From: Polyangiaceae bacterium
GTDB lineage: Bacteria; Myxococcota_A; Polyangia; Polyangiales; Polyangiaceae
Direction: 5' to 3'
Assembly: GCA_050287085.1 (NCBI GenBank)
Contig: JBNKBE010000003.1
Span: forward strand, 239,350 to 303,349
DNA: 64,000 nucleotides
Below, piece after piece: positions 48,887 to 58,672 of the stretch. The first letter of the stretch is position 1; the number at the start of each line of letters is the position of its first letter. The notes below the pieces were generated by a model. It was not told where the DNA came from. It saw nothing but the letters and a program-made list of their open reading frames with translations, and searched no databases. The position numbers and the translations under genes are program-made.

Positions 48887-51800
48887 ATGGCAAAAGACAA
48901 CAAGTTTGGCACCTTCGCTGGGGTCTATACACCAAGTTTGCTCACCATCTTGGGGGTGATCATGTACCTGCGCCTGCCCTGGGTCATCGGGCAGGCGGGA
49001 CTCTACTTGGGTCTCGGAATCATCATCGTCGCACACGTTGTCAGCTTCAGCACTGGGCTGAGCATTTCGAGCATCGCAACCGACAAGAATGTGGGCGCGG
49101 GCGGGCCCTATTTCATTGTATCGCGTTCGCTGGGATTGCCAATCGGCGCAACCCTGGGGCTCGCCCTATTCGTCGGACTTGCCTTCAGTATCAGCCTATA
49201 CGTCATCGGCTTCTCGGAGAGCTTGCTCCACGCCTTCGACTTGGAGCCTTCTCCGAGCAACATCCGGTTAACTGGCACAGTAACGCTGTTTGCGCTGACG
49301 ATCATCACCTTCATCAGCACGGCGCTCGCGCTCAAGGCTCAGTATGTTATCTTCCTGCTGATCGTACTGAGCTTGGGCAGCATCCTGCTGGCGAGTCCAA
49401 GCCCCACGGTGCCTATCCTCACGCCAGCAACAGCCGACGTCGATCCTGCGCGCCTATTTGCTATTTTCTTTCCCGCTGTCACCGGCTTTACGGCTGGCGT
49501 CAACATGTCGGGAGACCTGCGAAACCCGCGGACTGCCATTCCGCGCGGCACGCTCCTGGCCATCGGTTCCGGCATGCTCGTATACGTGGGTCTGGCCGTC
49601 TTCATAGCGCTGCGCGTACCGCGTCAGCTACTGTTGGACGATTCGGCAGTGCTGACGACAATCGCCAAGAGTCCGACTTTGGTCACGGCTGGGGTGTGGG
49701 GCGCCACGCTGTCGTCTGCTCTAGGAAGCATCCTGGGTGCGCCGCGCATCCTGCAGGCGATGAGCCAGGACCGCATCACCGCCGGCTGGTTCGGCAAAGG
49801 CTACGGCCCCACCAAAGAACCACGCAATGCTCTTCTCGTCGCCTTCCTCATCGGCTGGGGTGGCATTCTCATCGCAGAACTCGACGCTATCGCGCGCATC
49901 GTGTCGATGGTCTTTCTCGCTACCTACGGCTTCTTGAACCTGAGCTGCGCCATCGAAAGCTGGGCCAGCCCGGACTTTCGCCCCGCGTTTCGCATTCCAA
50001 AAAGCGTAAGCGTCATTGGAGCGGCCACATGTGTGCTGGTCATGATCCAGCTGGACTTGCCCGCGATGACCGGCGCTGTGGTGCTGATGACGGGCCTTTA
50101 CGTGTGGCTGGCGCGTCGGCAGATTCGTCTAGAATCCGGCGATACCTGGGAAGGGTTCTGGGCGTCCCTAGTTCGGACGGGCTTGTTCAAGCTTACCAAA
50201 CAGAGCCAGCAACAGCGTAACTGGCGTCCCAACGTACTGCTCTTTCGGCGCAATGCCGACAACCCGGCACTCACGGAGTTCTCTCGTTCACTCGTAAGCG
50301 GCAGCGGACTGCTCTCTGACTTTCTCCTCAAGCACGACTCTAAATCGTCAGAGGTACGCCCAATCCCAGCGGGGAACGCCAGCGCCCCGCAAGAAGCCCC
50401 TCCCTTGGGCGTGTTTCGTCACCAGGTGAACACCAAAGACCCAGCCGATGCGATCCTTGCGGCGGCTCGGTTTCACGGGTTCGCGGGTCTCAGTCCAAAC
50501 ACCGTTCTTCTCGACTGGCCGGACTTTGAAGGCAAGGCCGAGCTCCTATCGCGTCTCACAACGGAGCTTCGCGTCCTTGACTACAACGTTCTGTTGTTCT
50601 CCAGCTCAGAGCGCTCTCAAGAAAGCGTGCGTCTCGCACAGCGAATCGATGTGTGGTGGAGCCCGGGAGCGGGCAACCTTGCTCTCGCCGTGGCGCTGGT
50701 TCGCTTCATCGGTGGCTCCGAGCAGTTTAGGCACGCGCAGGTCCGCTTCATCTTGGTCAGCGAAGATCCTACCGACAACGCGGTGTTGCGCAGTCGCACC
50801 CGAAGGATTCTACAGAACGCACGGGTCACCGCAGAGGTCGAAGTGCTCAACAATGCCCTCGACCGTCGCCGCTTGGAGGACCTCGTCCAAGGTGAGTCCG
50901 GTGAAGCTGCGTTGACGGTATTGGGGCTGGTGGGTGACGCTCAGTACGCTACGCCCGACTACTTTCGAGCCCTCGAGGAACTCCGTCGCTCGCTTCACGC
51001 TGTGCTCTTGATTGGAAGTTCGTCCCATTTTCCGCAGCTGCTGCAGGCGGCGGGCAAATCGAACTCCACCCTCGCCGTCTCCAGTCCCGAAGCTGACGAC
51101 GCCGCGTTTAGCCATGTACTCAAGGAAGCGCCCGAGCGCGTCGCACTCTTGGGGCGCGCGCTGGCAGAGGCCTATGGGGCTATCGTCGCAGACTTCCACG
51201 AACGGTGCACGGTACGCATCTATGAGTCGCGCACGGCCTTGCTGCATAGACTTGAGCGATTGATCGAACGCCATTTTCACCAACTTACGCGAGCCTGTAG
51301 CGCAGAGAATCCGCGACGCCGACGAAAACTCGTCGCTCGCGCCCAAAGTGGACTTGCGCAGGGTGCCAAGGAGGAGCTCAGTTCGCTGCTCGACTCAACG
51401 CTGACAGAGCAGGAAGCCGCGCTCGACGGAAGCATCGAAGCGTTTGTCGGCGATGAGCGCTTCTTGCCCAGTAAGCCAGACGCAGTGGCTCGTTTCGTCG
51501 CATCGAAGAGCGACTTCGCGCCGCAGAAGGGCGACTCTCGCGCGCTGCGAGGATACAAGCGTCGTCGTCGTATCCTTGCCTTCTTCTGGCGCTCCGACCC
51601 CTCCTACTCGGTACGACTACGCCCCCTCGAAGTCTTCTACCGTGACCGCATGATAAGAAGCTGCTTGCAGCCCTTGGTCAACACATTGACCGCGGACACC
51701 AACCAGCTCGCAGCTCATATTGGAAAGCTACTCGACACCACGGAATTTGGCATCGCGGCCCTGGACGGACGAAATGACGCCGGTGCACTCGCACAGCTGG

Positions 51801-54055
51801 TGGCCGCCGAACAGGAACGAGCTCTCCGCCACGTGGCGGACTTATGTGCGCGTCAGGACCTCCGTCAACGAGAGTTGCTGTCTGACGCACAAAGGGCGGC
51901 GGAAAAGGTGCTTTCCGACTTTCTGACAGACGTGGCTGATGTGGGAATCGTCCTCCGGATGGCACGCAGCCGACGCTCCCCCAAAGACCAGGCCAGCTTG
52001 GTTGCAAACCTTCTAGAAGTCGCCCCGCGCTGGCGGGAGAACCAGACATTGCTCTTTCGTCAGAGCCAGCTCGTCGTGCAACTGGCGGCATTTCAACAAC
52101 GGGTTGGTGCCCTGCTCTTTCGCGAGAAGGAGAGACTCGCGCAGCAAGGTCAGCAGGGAACACGGGCAGCGTTGAGCGCGTACCAAACGCAACTTCAACA
52201 TCTGCGCACATTGCTCCTCGAGGGCAATGCCTCATCGAGCACCACCAGCGCGTGGATGACGGTGCAGGGCAGCGCATCTGGCATGCACCTCGAGCGTCAC
52301 AGTCCTCTGGAACCCGCGACCGCCATCGAACGGCTGGAACACGAAACTCAGAGTGCATACCAGCCGCTCCCGGACGCTGTGGAGCTCCCCACTGCAGAAG
52401 GGGCAGAGCAACTAGAGGAACGAGGTGGGGTGGCGACCGAGACCATCGCCCTGGAAGTCCGCGCGGTATGTCAGTTCCTCGTGCAGAGCCAGTTGCTCGG
52501 AGGACTCAAAGACGCCGTCGCTGAATGGCCGAGGCAAGAGCGCCGCGCTCTTGCCGTCGGGCAGGATGTCGAAAGACTGCTCAACTTCCAGCTCAACGAA
52601 AGCGAACTCAGCGAGAGCTCGTGGGAAGAATGTCGCGCGCTGTTGCTGCCCGCGGTCGACAACGGTCTCGAGCGCATAGAAGGCGAACTCGCACGACTCG
52701 ACCGCAGCCGAGATGCGGCGCTCGGAGCCTTTGAGGCTCGCCTGCGGACCCTCATCGCTCAAACCCGCATCGCCGAATTGATGTCGGTGGCAGACACGCT
52801 TGATCAGAAGCGTCGCCTGGAGCGTAGCCGGCGCGCGGTTACCGGGCTCCGTGGTGCTTGGCTCCGCGCCAGCGAACGCGTGCGACAGCTTGCAACGCGC
52901 GGTCTCTACCGCATTAGCCGCGGGCTAGTCCTTGCCCGAACGCTAGCCGCCCCGGAACAGCGTCGCGAAGTGGCGGGTACCCTGCGTAGCTTTGTCGTCA
53001 ACCATTCGCCGGCACCGGCTGTCGTGCAACAGCTTCCGTTCTTCTACAGACAACTCTTCTTCGGCCAAGCCTCGCTCGCAGACACCTTCTGGGTCGGGCG
53101 CCGCAAGGAGTTGGGACGAGCGCAGCTAGCAACCGCTGGTTTTGACAAGACGGGTGGCGGCATACTGCTCGTCCACGGCGACCGCGGCGCAGGCAAGACC
53201 GCGTTCTGCCAGTACTTCGTCAGCCACAGTCCGGACCGAAAGCACCTATTTCAGATCCAAGCGCCCCCCGGCGGCTCCGTGTCACTGGCTGCCTTCAAAA
53301 CAGCCTGCGAAGCTGCGTTTGGGAGGGAGGGTACGCTTGACGACCTATTTTCGACATTGCCACCAGGAAGCATCGTCGTGATCGACGATCTCGAACTCTG
53401 GTGGCAGCGTTCCCCAAGCGGGTTTGCCGTGCTGGACACATTGCTCGAACTCAGTGAGTCGAAAGAGACTCATTGTTTGCTTGTGCTCTCAGTAGGAACA
53501 CAAGCACTTCACCTGCTTTCTCAGGTGCGACCGCTTGCTGAAAGGGCCCTGGCGGTGCTGGGCCTACCTCCCTTTGATGCCGACGAGCTACGTCAGGTCA
53601 TAGGTCTGCGTCACGGCTCCACCGGAGTACGATTTGAGCTCGGCGGAAAGGATGAAAAGCAACTGTCGACCTGGGCATTGGCGCGCCTCTACGCCGCCCA
53701 CTTCCACTATGCGGGGGGCTTGGTGGGCCCAGCCTTATCTTCCTGGGTGACCCACATCGAGGACGCAACAGACAAGCTTCAACTGCGCCTCCCGCGCCGC
53801 CCCGAACTTGCGCTTTTCGATGATCTAGACGTCGAGCAGATCGCCATTGTAGTGCAGCTCGCGCTGCACAAGCAGCTCAGCACCGAACGAGTTCGCGAGC
53901 TCTGTGCCGCCGCAGAGCATCAGGTTGAAGAACACCTCAAGACGCTATCCCATGTCGGCTTCGTGACGAGTCCGCGCCCCGATGTCTTCGAGCTCAACCG
54001 CTTCGTCCAGCACTTCGTCACGGAGCGCTTCCGCTCCCGAGGACTCCTGCCATGA
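48887..54055 (+). CDS. Cation-chloride cotransporter (SLC12/CCC-like) fused to long helical region and P-loop NTPase
   Basis: 'GVYTPSLLTILGVIMYLR', 'AGGPYFIVSRSLG', 'FFPAVTG...MSGDL', 'NWRPN', 'IDVWW'; later Walker A 'GDRGAGKT' and Walker B 'VVIDDLE'. Start set at ATG 48887. Confidence 0.88.
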   Translation: MAKDNKFGTFAGVYTPSLLTILGVIMYLRLPWVIGQAGLYLGLGIIIVAHVVSFSTGLSISSIATDKNVGAGGPYFIVSRSLGLPIGATLGLALFVGLAFSISLYVIGFSESLLHAFDLEPSPSNIRLTGTVTLFALTIITFISTALALKAQYVIFLLIVLSLGSILLASPSPTVPILTPATADVDPARLFAIFFPAVTGFTAGVNMSGDLRNPRTAIPRGTLLAIGSGMLVYVGLAVFIALRVPRQLLLDDSAVLTTIAKSPTLVTAGVWGATLSSALGSILGAPRILQAMSQDRITAGWFGKGYGPTKEPRNALLVAFLIGWGGILIAELDAIARIVSMVFLATYGFLNLSCAIESWASPDFRPAFRIPKSVSVIGAATCVLVMIQLDLPAMTGAVVLMTGLYVWLARRQIRLESGDTWEGFWASLVRTGLFKLTKQSQQQRNWRPNVLLFRRNADNPALTEFSRSLVSGSGLLSDFLLKHDSKSSEVRPIPAGNASAPQEAPPLGVFRHQVNTKDPADAILAAARFHGFAGLSPNTVLLDWPDFEGKAELLSRLTTELRVLDYNVLLFSSSERSQESVRLAQRIDVWWSPGAGNLALAVALVRFIGGSEQFRHAQVRFILVSEDPTDNAVLRSRTRRILQNARVTAEVEVLNNALDRRRLEDLVQGESGEAALTVLGLVGDAQYATPDYFRALEELRRSLHAVLLIGSSSHFPQLLQAAGKSNSTLAVSSPEADDAAFSHVLKEAPERVALLGRALAEAYGAIVADFHERCTVRIYESRTALLHRLERLIERHFHQLTRACSAENPRRRRKLVARAQSGLAQGAKEELSSLLDSTLTEQEAALDGSIEAFVGDERFLPSKPDAVARFVASKSDFAPQKGDSRALRGYKRRRRILAFFWRSDPSYSVRLRPLEVFYRDRMIRSCLQPLVNTLTADTNQLAAHIGKLLDTTEFGIAALDGRNDAGALAQLVAAEQERALRHVADLCARQDLRQRELLSDAQRAAEKVLSDFLTDVADVGIVLRMARSRRSPKDQASLVANLLEVAPRWRENQTLLFRQSQLVVQLAAFQQRVGALLFREKERLAQQGQQGTRAALSAYQTQLQHLRTLLLEGNASSSTTSAWMTVQGSASGMHLERHSPLEPATAIERLEHETQSAYQPLPDAVELPTAEGAEQLEERGGVATETIALEVRAVCQFLVQSQLLGGLKDAVAEWPRQERRALAVGQDVERLLNFQLNESELSESSWEECRALLLPAVDNGLERIEGELARLDRSRDAALGAFEARLRTLIAQTRIAELMSVADTLDQKRRLERSRRAVTGLRGAWLRASERVRQLATRGLYRISRGLVLARTLAAPEQRREVAGTLRSFVVNHSPAPAVVQQLPFFYRQLFFGQASLADTFWVGRRKELGRAQLATAGFDKTGGGILLVHGDRGAGKTAFCQYFVSHSPDRKHLFQIQAPPGGSVSLAAFKTACEAAFGREGTLDDLFSTLPPGSIVVIDDLELWWQRSPSGFAVLDTLLELSESKETHCLLVLSVGTQALHLLSQVRPLAERALAVLGLPPFDADELRQVIGLRHGSTGVRFELGGKDEKQLSTWALARLYAAHFHYAGGLVGPALSSWVTHIEDATDKLQLRLPRRPELALFDDLDVEQIAIVVQLALHKQLSTERVRELCAAAEHQVEEHLKTLSHVGFVTSPRPDVFELNRFVQHFVTERFRSRGLLP

Positions 54056-54804
54056 CCGACGCCGCGTTGCCCGAAACGCCAGCCCAAGCCCTATTGCGCC
54101 CCGAGTTGGAGTTGGGACTGCTAGCGCTTCTGGGCGCGGGCAGTCTATTGCTCTTATATCTGCTGGTCCGCGTCAGCGCGCTCGTGCCCATGTCGCGACC
54201 GCGACGGGCCTTGTTGCGACGTTTAGCCCCCCCTGTCATCGCGGTTGCGGTGGTGCTCTATACGCTGTTTGCCCTGCGCATTGCGCTGCGCTCAACCGGT
54301 CTAGGCCAGGTATATGCGTTGGGCGCCGTCGCGTTCCTTCTCGCGGCGGCGCTCTTCCCAACGCTTAAGAACGTCGCCGCGGGACTCGTTACCAGAGCCA
54401 GTCAGAGCTGCGAGGTCGGAGACTCGGTGCAACTTCCGGACGTGCAAGGGCGGGTGGTGCGCATGGGACTCTGGGCCGTCGTTATGGAAACGCGAGACGG
54501 AAAACTGGCGTCCGTACCGTACGCGGAACTGGTGCGTTACCCCTTGATAAAGGAGCCGAGGCTCGAGGGGGGTGTTTTGCATATTTTCCAGTTGAGCGCA
54601 GTTCCAGGCAGTAGCATCTCGGCCGTGAAGCACTTGCTCACCGAGCATGCCCTGTGTTCCTACTACACGAGCGCCGTCAGGCGACCGCTCGTACGTCCGC
54701 TGGGTAACGACCGATATGAGGTTACGGTATTCGCTCTGCACGTCGACTACGGCCCCGCAATCGAGGCCGATGTGAGGCGAGCCCCCATTGTGGCCCAATC
54801 ATGA
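54052..54804 (+). CDS. MscS-family mechanosensitive channel protein
   Basis: Three TM segments, 'KNVAAG', 'VGDSVQL...GRVVRMG...ETRDG...VPY'; ATGA overlap with the upstream gene. Confidence 0.8.
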   Translation: MTDAALPETPAQALLRPELELGLLALLGAGSLLLLYLLVRVSALVPMSRPRRALLRRLAPPVIAVAVVLYTLFALRIALRSTGLGQVYALGAVAFLLAAALFPTLKNVAAGLVTRASQSCEVGDSVQLPDVQGRVVRMGLWAVVMETRDGKLASVPYAELVRYPLIKEPRLEGGVLHIFQLSAVPGSSISAVKHLLTEHALCSYYTSAVRRPLVRPLGNDRYEVTVFALHVDYGPAIEADVRRAPIVAQS

Positions 54805-55074
54805 ATTCGTACCGTCGGACACCGGTCAGCAGCTCGCCAGCCGCCAACTATCCGAACGCCGGGCCCAAGTGCAACGCGGGACGGCCGTGCGGATTGTTGC
54901 GACCAAGTTGCGATCGACCGAGGCGGTTGCCATCTGCCGCCTCCGGCACCACAACGGGCGCCATGCCCTGATGGCTGGGCGTTTTCGGTATGAAGCGATG
55001 CCCAAGGTCACGCGCCCGGGGTTGCCAGGCAGCCGCCCGCGAAGACAAGACGCCGCGCCGTAGGGAGAAAACAC

Positions 55075-56355
55075 TTGACCCAGATCTCGCCCGAGCCAGC
55101 CCAAGGCCAATCACCAATTCCCCGAGGTCTGGCAGAACGATTTGCTGCGGTGCGCGAGACGAGCCAACAGGTCGCCGACTTGTTCGCACCCGAGGACCAA
55201 TTGCTTCAAGCCATGACGGAAGCAAGTCCGATAAAATGGCACCTCGCGCATACGAGCTGGTTCTTCGAGACCTTCATTCTAAGACAAACGGACGGCTACC
55301 GCCCGCTCGACGAGCGCTACGAATGGCTGTTCAACAGCTACTACAACGCCATTGGCCCTCAGCCAGAGCGAAGTGAGCGAGGCTTGTGGTCTCGCCCCTC
55401 CCTATCCGAAGTAGCGAGCTACCGCGCCCACGTCGACCAAGCTGTGCTCGACGCGCTGCCAACGCTCGCCCCTGACGCCGAGCTGCTGCTCGAACTCGGG
55501 CTCCAACACGAGCAGCAGCATCAGGAACTGATGTTGACAGATGCACTGGCCGCGCTCGCCAAGAACCCGCTGGCACCGAGCATACATTCACCTCCGAACG
55601 ACGTGCGAGGCGAAGCCTCCCCATTGACATTCAACGCCTACCCTCGTGGCACCTTCGAGATCGGCTTTGCCGGAAGCGGCTTTCATTTTGATAACGAGGC
55701 CCCAAGACACGATGTCTTGCTGCAACCATTCGAGCTTGCATGTCGGCCGCTCTGCAACGCGGAGGTCATTGCATTCATCCGGGACGGTGGCTATGAACGA
55801 CCAGAGTTCTGGCTTTCCGACGGCTTTGACTGGGTGACCAGAAACCAGATTGCAATGCCCTGCTATTGGAGCCTGACAGGCGCCGAATACTGGCACTACA
55901 GCTTGTACGGCTCGTTGCCTGTCGATCCGACCTTGACCGCCTGCCATCTGAGCTACTTCGAAGCCGACGCGATCGCCCGGTATCTCGGTGCTCGGCTTCC
56001 AACCGAGGCCGAGTGGGAGGTGGCTGCCCAGCTCGAGGCTTCTTCGAGTTCTGGTCACTTCAGCGCTGATCTGCGCTGGCTCCCCAGGCGAGCAGAGCAA
56101 CGCAACGGACTGCAACAGCTGCTGGGTACCGTGTGGGAGTGGACCTCAACGGCGTATTGCGCCTATCCGGGCTTTCGCACCGCCCCGGGAGCGGTCGGTG
56201 AGTACAACGGCAAGTTCATGCACGGCCAGCAGGTACTGCGTGGCGGTTCACTGGCCACGCCACCAGGACACATACGGCTTAGCTATCGCAATTTCTTTCC
56301 GGCCACAGCCCGATGGCAGTACTCCGGGGTGCGCGTCGCACGCGACGCCAATTAG
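55075..56355 (+). CDS. egtB: Ergothioneine biosynthesis sulfoxide synthase
   Basis: DinB-like domain 'SPIKWHLAHTSWFFE', 'HEQQHQEL'; FGE-like domain 'FDNEAP', 'RLPTEAEWE', 'GEYNGKFM'. Confidence 0.93.
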   Translation: MTQISPEPAQGQSPIPRGLAERFAAVRETSQQVADLFAPEDQLLQAMTEASPIKWHLAHTSWFFETFILRQTDGYRPLDERYEWLFNSYYNAIGPQPERSERGLWSRPSLSEVASYRAHVDQAVLDALPTLAPDAELLLELGLQHEQQHQELMLTDALAALAKNPLAPSIHSPPNDVRGEASPLTFNAYPRGTFEIGFAGSGFHFDNEAPRHDVLLQPFELACRPLCNAEVIAFIRDGGYERPEFWLSDGFDWVTRNQIAMPCYWSLTGAEYWHYSLYGSLPVDPTLTACHLSYFEADAIARYLGARLPTEAEWEVAAQLEASSSSGHFSADLRWLPRRAEQRNGLQQLLGTVWEWTSTAYCAYPGFRTAPGAVGEYNGKFMHGQQVLRGGSLATPPGHIRLSYRNFFPATARWQYSGVRVARDAN

Positions 56356-56378
56356 CCCCGCTCCCCGCTGAGGTTTCC

Positions 56379-57353
56379 ATGTCACCTATCTCCGCCACCG
56401 CCCGGCGCAGCGCCGCGCAGACAACCCATCAACAGTTCTTGAGCGACGTTGTCTCCGGCTTCGGGAATCAACCTCGCAGCATTCCCTGCAAATGGCTCTA
56501 CGACGCGCGTGGCTCTGAACTCTTCGAACAGATCTGCTCGACGGACGACTACTACGTCACGAGAACGGAGATGGGCCTGCTCGATCGTCATGCTGTGGAC
56601 ATTGCCCGACGCGTGGGCCCGGGCGTCGAGATCCTCGAGCCGGGAGCCGGTTCGGGCGAAAAGGCGTCCCTTCTGTTGACCGCGCTCGCGCGCCCTGCGG
56701 CTTACCTCCCGCTCGATATCAGCCCCGCTGCCACCGAGCAGGCGGTATCCGTTGTAGGAAGGGCACACCCAGCGCTGGCGGTCGAGCCACGCGTTGGAGA
56801 CTTCATGCGCGTCAGTGCGGAGGGCGTTCCGCGCGTCACCGCGAGCTCTCGCCGGCTGTTGCTCTTTCCCGGGTCGACCCTAGGCAACTTCTCTACGGCC
56901 GAGCGCCGACCACTTCTCCGACAATTCCGAAACTGGCTCGCTCCCGGTGACCTGCTCTTGCTTGGGGTTGACCTGGTAAAAGACGTAGCGGTCCTGGAGC
57001 GTGCGTACGACGATGCTCAGGGCGTTACGGCCGCGTTCAATCTCAATCTGCTGGAACGAATGCGCCGTGAACTGGGTGCGCGCGTGGAGCCCAATCGGTT
57101 TCGACATCGCGCCATCTACAACGAGCGCGAGCAGCGGGTGGAGATGCATCTTGTCAGTTGCGAAGATCAACTCGTGACTCTCGATGGGCATCCGTATTCC
57201 TTCCGCCGGGGGGAGTTCATCCACACCGAAAACAGTCACAAATTTCTGCCGGTCCCCCTCTCTCGCGAGGTCGAGCACGCCGGGTTTAGACTGCTCCAGC
57301 GTTGGGAAGACGAGCGAGCGTATTTTAGCCTGCAGTTGTACGTAGCAGCCTGA
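56379..57353 (+). CDS. egtD: Histidine N-alpha-methyltransferase
   Basis: 'KWLYDARGSELFEQI', 'YYVTRTE', 'GSTLGNF', 'AYDDAQGVTAAFNLN', 'HTENSHKF'. Confidence 0.95.
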   Translation: MSPISATARRSAAQTTHQQFLSDVVSGFGNQPRSIPCKWLYDARGSELFEQICSTDDYYVTRTEMGLLDRHAVDIARRVGPGVEILEPGAGSGEKASLLLTALARPAAYLPLDISPAATEQAVSVVGRAHPALAVEPRVGDFMRVSAEGVPRVTASSRRLLLFPGSTLGNFSTAERRPLLRQFRNWLAPGDLLLLGVDLVKDVAVLERAYDDAQGVTAAFNLNLLERMRRELGARVEPNRFRHRAIYNEREQRVEMHLVSCEDQLVTLDGHPYSFRRGEFIHTENSHKFLPVPLSREVEHAGFRLLQRWEDERAYFSLQLYVAA

Positions 57354-57638
57354 GACGCCCCTTCGCGCCACCGCTGGCACCGAGCCAGCAGGGGCGCGAC
57401 CCAAGACGCGGCCGTGCGTCGTGACCGTCCCGGCTTCCGCTGGCGGCGCTTCACGCAAGTGCCGCTGGCGCCGTCGCCGCTAGCGCAGGCTGCGCGAAGC
57501 CTCTTCTGGGCCCTGCCGGCGCATGGCTTGTCCCCAAGCGCTAGCCACGAACGGAGGCGTTCGGTCTCGGGTCAACCGCCCGCGGCCAGACCATGCTCGC
57601 GTAGCCCGGAGATTAATTGGGAGGTCGATAAGATTTTG

Positions 57639-57767
57639 GGCAACCCGATGGGAGCTCGGACGAAGCACCTCAAACGCCCGGGGCGGGTCGAGCTCCAACA
57701 GCTCCGATCCACTTCGTAGCCGATTCCCCTGCCCGTAGCCCGGCATACACCCGCAGCCCAGATACAC
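57639..57767 (+). promoter_or_regulatory. Candidate ECF-type promoter and direct repeats upstream of the translocon-like operon
   Basis: GGCAAC-N16-CGAA at 57639-57664; CGYAGCC at 57600, 57715, 57734 and 57752. Confidence 0.3.
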
Positions 57768-57775
57768 GGTCCCTC

Positions 57776-57997
57776 ATGAATCTCACCTCTCCAATGAACG
57801 AACTCAAAGCCCTCGAAGAGCAACTGCAGGCCCAAGACGCCCAACTCGCCCGCGCCATCGAGGCGCTCAACGCCCTCGATCCAGCCAGTGGCTTGCACGT
57901 CCCCGACACCTGGCAACAGGACTTCGATGACGCCACCGAAGCCGCACCGAGCACCCTCCGAAGCGTTCCTCCCGTCGGCTTCACAATCCGGGCGTAG
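57776..57997 (+). CDS. Small acidic coiled-coil protein, first gene of translocon-like cassette (positional LcrG/SseA analogue)
   Basis: 73 aa, heptad 'LKALEEQLQAQDAQLARAIEAL'; co-oriented with the next four genes. Confidence 0.6.
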   Translation: MNLTSPMNELKALEEQLQAQDAQLARAIEALNALDPASGLHVPDTWQQDFDDATEAAPSTLRSVPPVGFTIRA

Positions 57998-58043
57998 ACC
58001 GGACCAGCATACTCCACCCCATCCAACACCCAGAGGAATCACG

Positions 58044-58643
58044 ATGTCACTCAGCCCGCTTGCTCCTTCACACTTCGCTCACATCTTGACGCCCGGCGAC
58101 ACCCGTGCCGGCCTGCTCACACCGGAGTCCATGATGGTCTACATCGAGACCCGTCTCAGTAGCCTGGACGACAAGATGCAAGACCTCATGGCGCGACAGA
58201 AAGAAGCCAATCAACTACGCGAAAAACTCGGAGCCGTTAAGACAGCGTTGAGCCACCTGTCAGATGACGGTGGGAAGCTCACGAGAGAACAAGCAGAGGC
58301 CCTTACCCAGGCTCTCAACGAACTCCGCGCGCTGTCGCCGCAAATAGCCGCGGAGGTCAAGTCCGGCAACTCATACGGCAAGTGGATGGTCTTCAACGGG
58401 GAAACCAAACAATGGCAGCCAAGGCCTGACGCAGAAGATGTCAAAGTGAACAAGCAGCAACTCGCCGCCATGAAAGCTGAACTCGACAACATGATCTCGA
58501 ACGTTGAGAGCACGGCTCAGCTTGACATGATCGAGCTGCAGAGCCTGATGAGTGGGCGCAACACGGCCATTTCCCTAGCGACCAACCTCATCTCCTCCTT
58601 GGGCAAGGGCATGGACTCCGTTGCCAGCAACATTGGCCGCTAG
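58044..58643 (+). CDS. Putative T3SS tip/filament protein (Bsp22/SseB/EspA-like, SctA role)
   Basis: RBS AGAGGA; 199-aa helical protein; C-terminus 'QLDMIELQSLMSGRNTAISLATNL...SVASNI' resembles the Bsp22-type terminal helix. Confidence 0.65.
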   Translation: MSLSPLAPSHFAHILTPGDTRAGLLTPESMMVYIETRLSSLDDKMQDLMARQKEANQLREKLGAVKTALSHLSDDGGKLTREQAEALTQALNELRALSPQIAAEVKSGNSYGKWMVFNGETKQWQPRPDAEDVKVNKQQLAAMKAELDNMISNVESTAQLDMIELQSLMSGRNTAISLATNLISSLGKGMDSVASNIGR

Positions 58644-58672
58644 TCGGCGGACCAAAGGAGGGCACATCAGCA

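Noticed and set aside
54805..55074. Small ORFs and a hairpin between mscS and egtB
   Set aside because: No RBS or recognisable motifs; the GC-rich hairpin lacks a U-tract and matches no riboswitch I recognise.
55075..56355. Selenoneine synthase SenA
   Set aside because: The neighbour is egtD, and no senB or selD is adjacent; ergothioneine is the simpler call.
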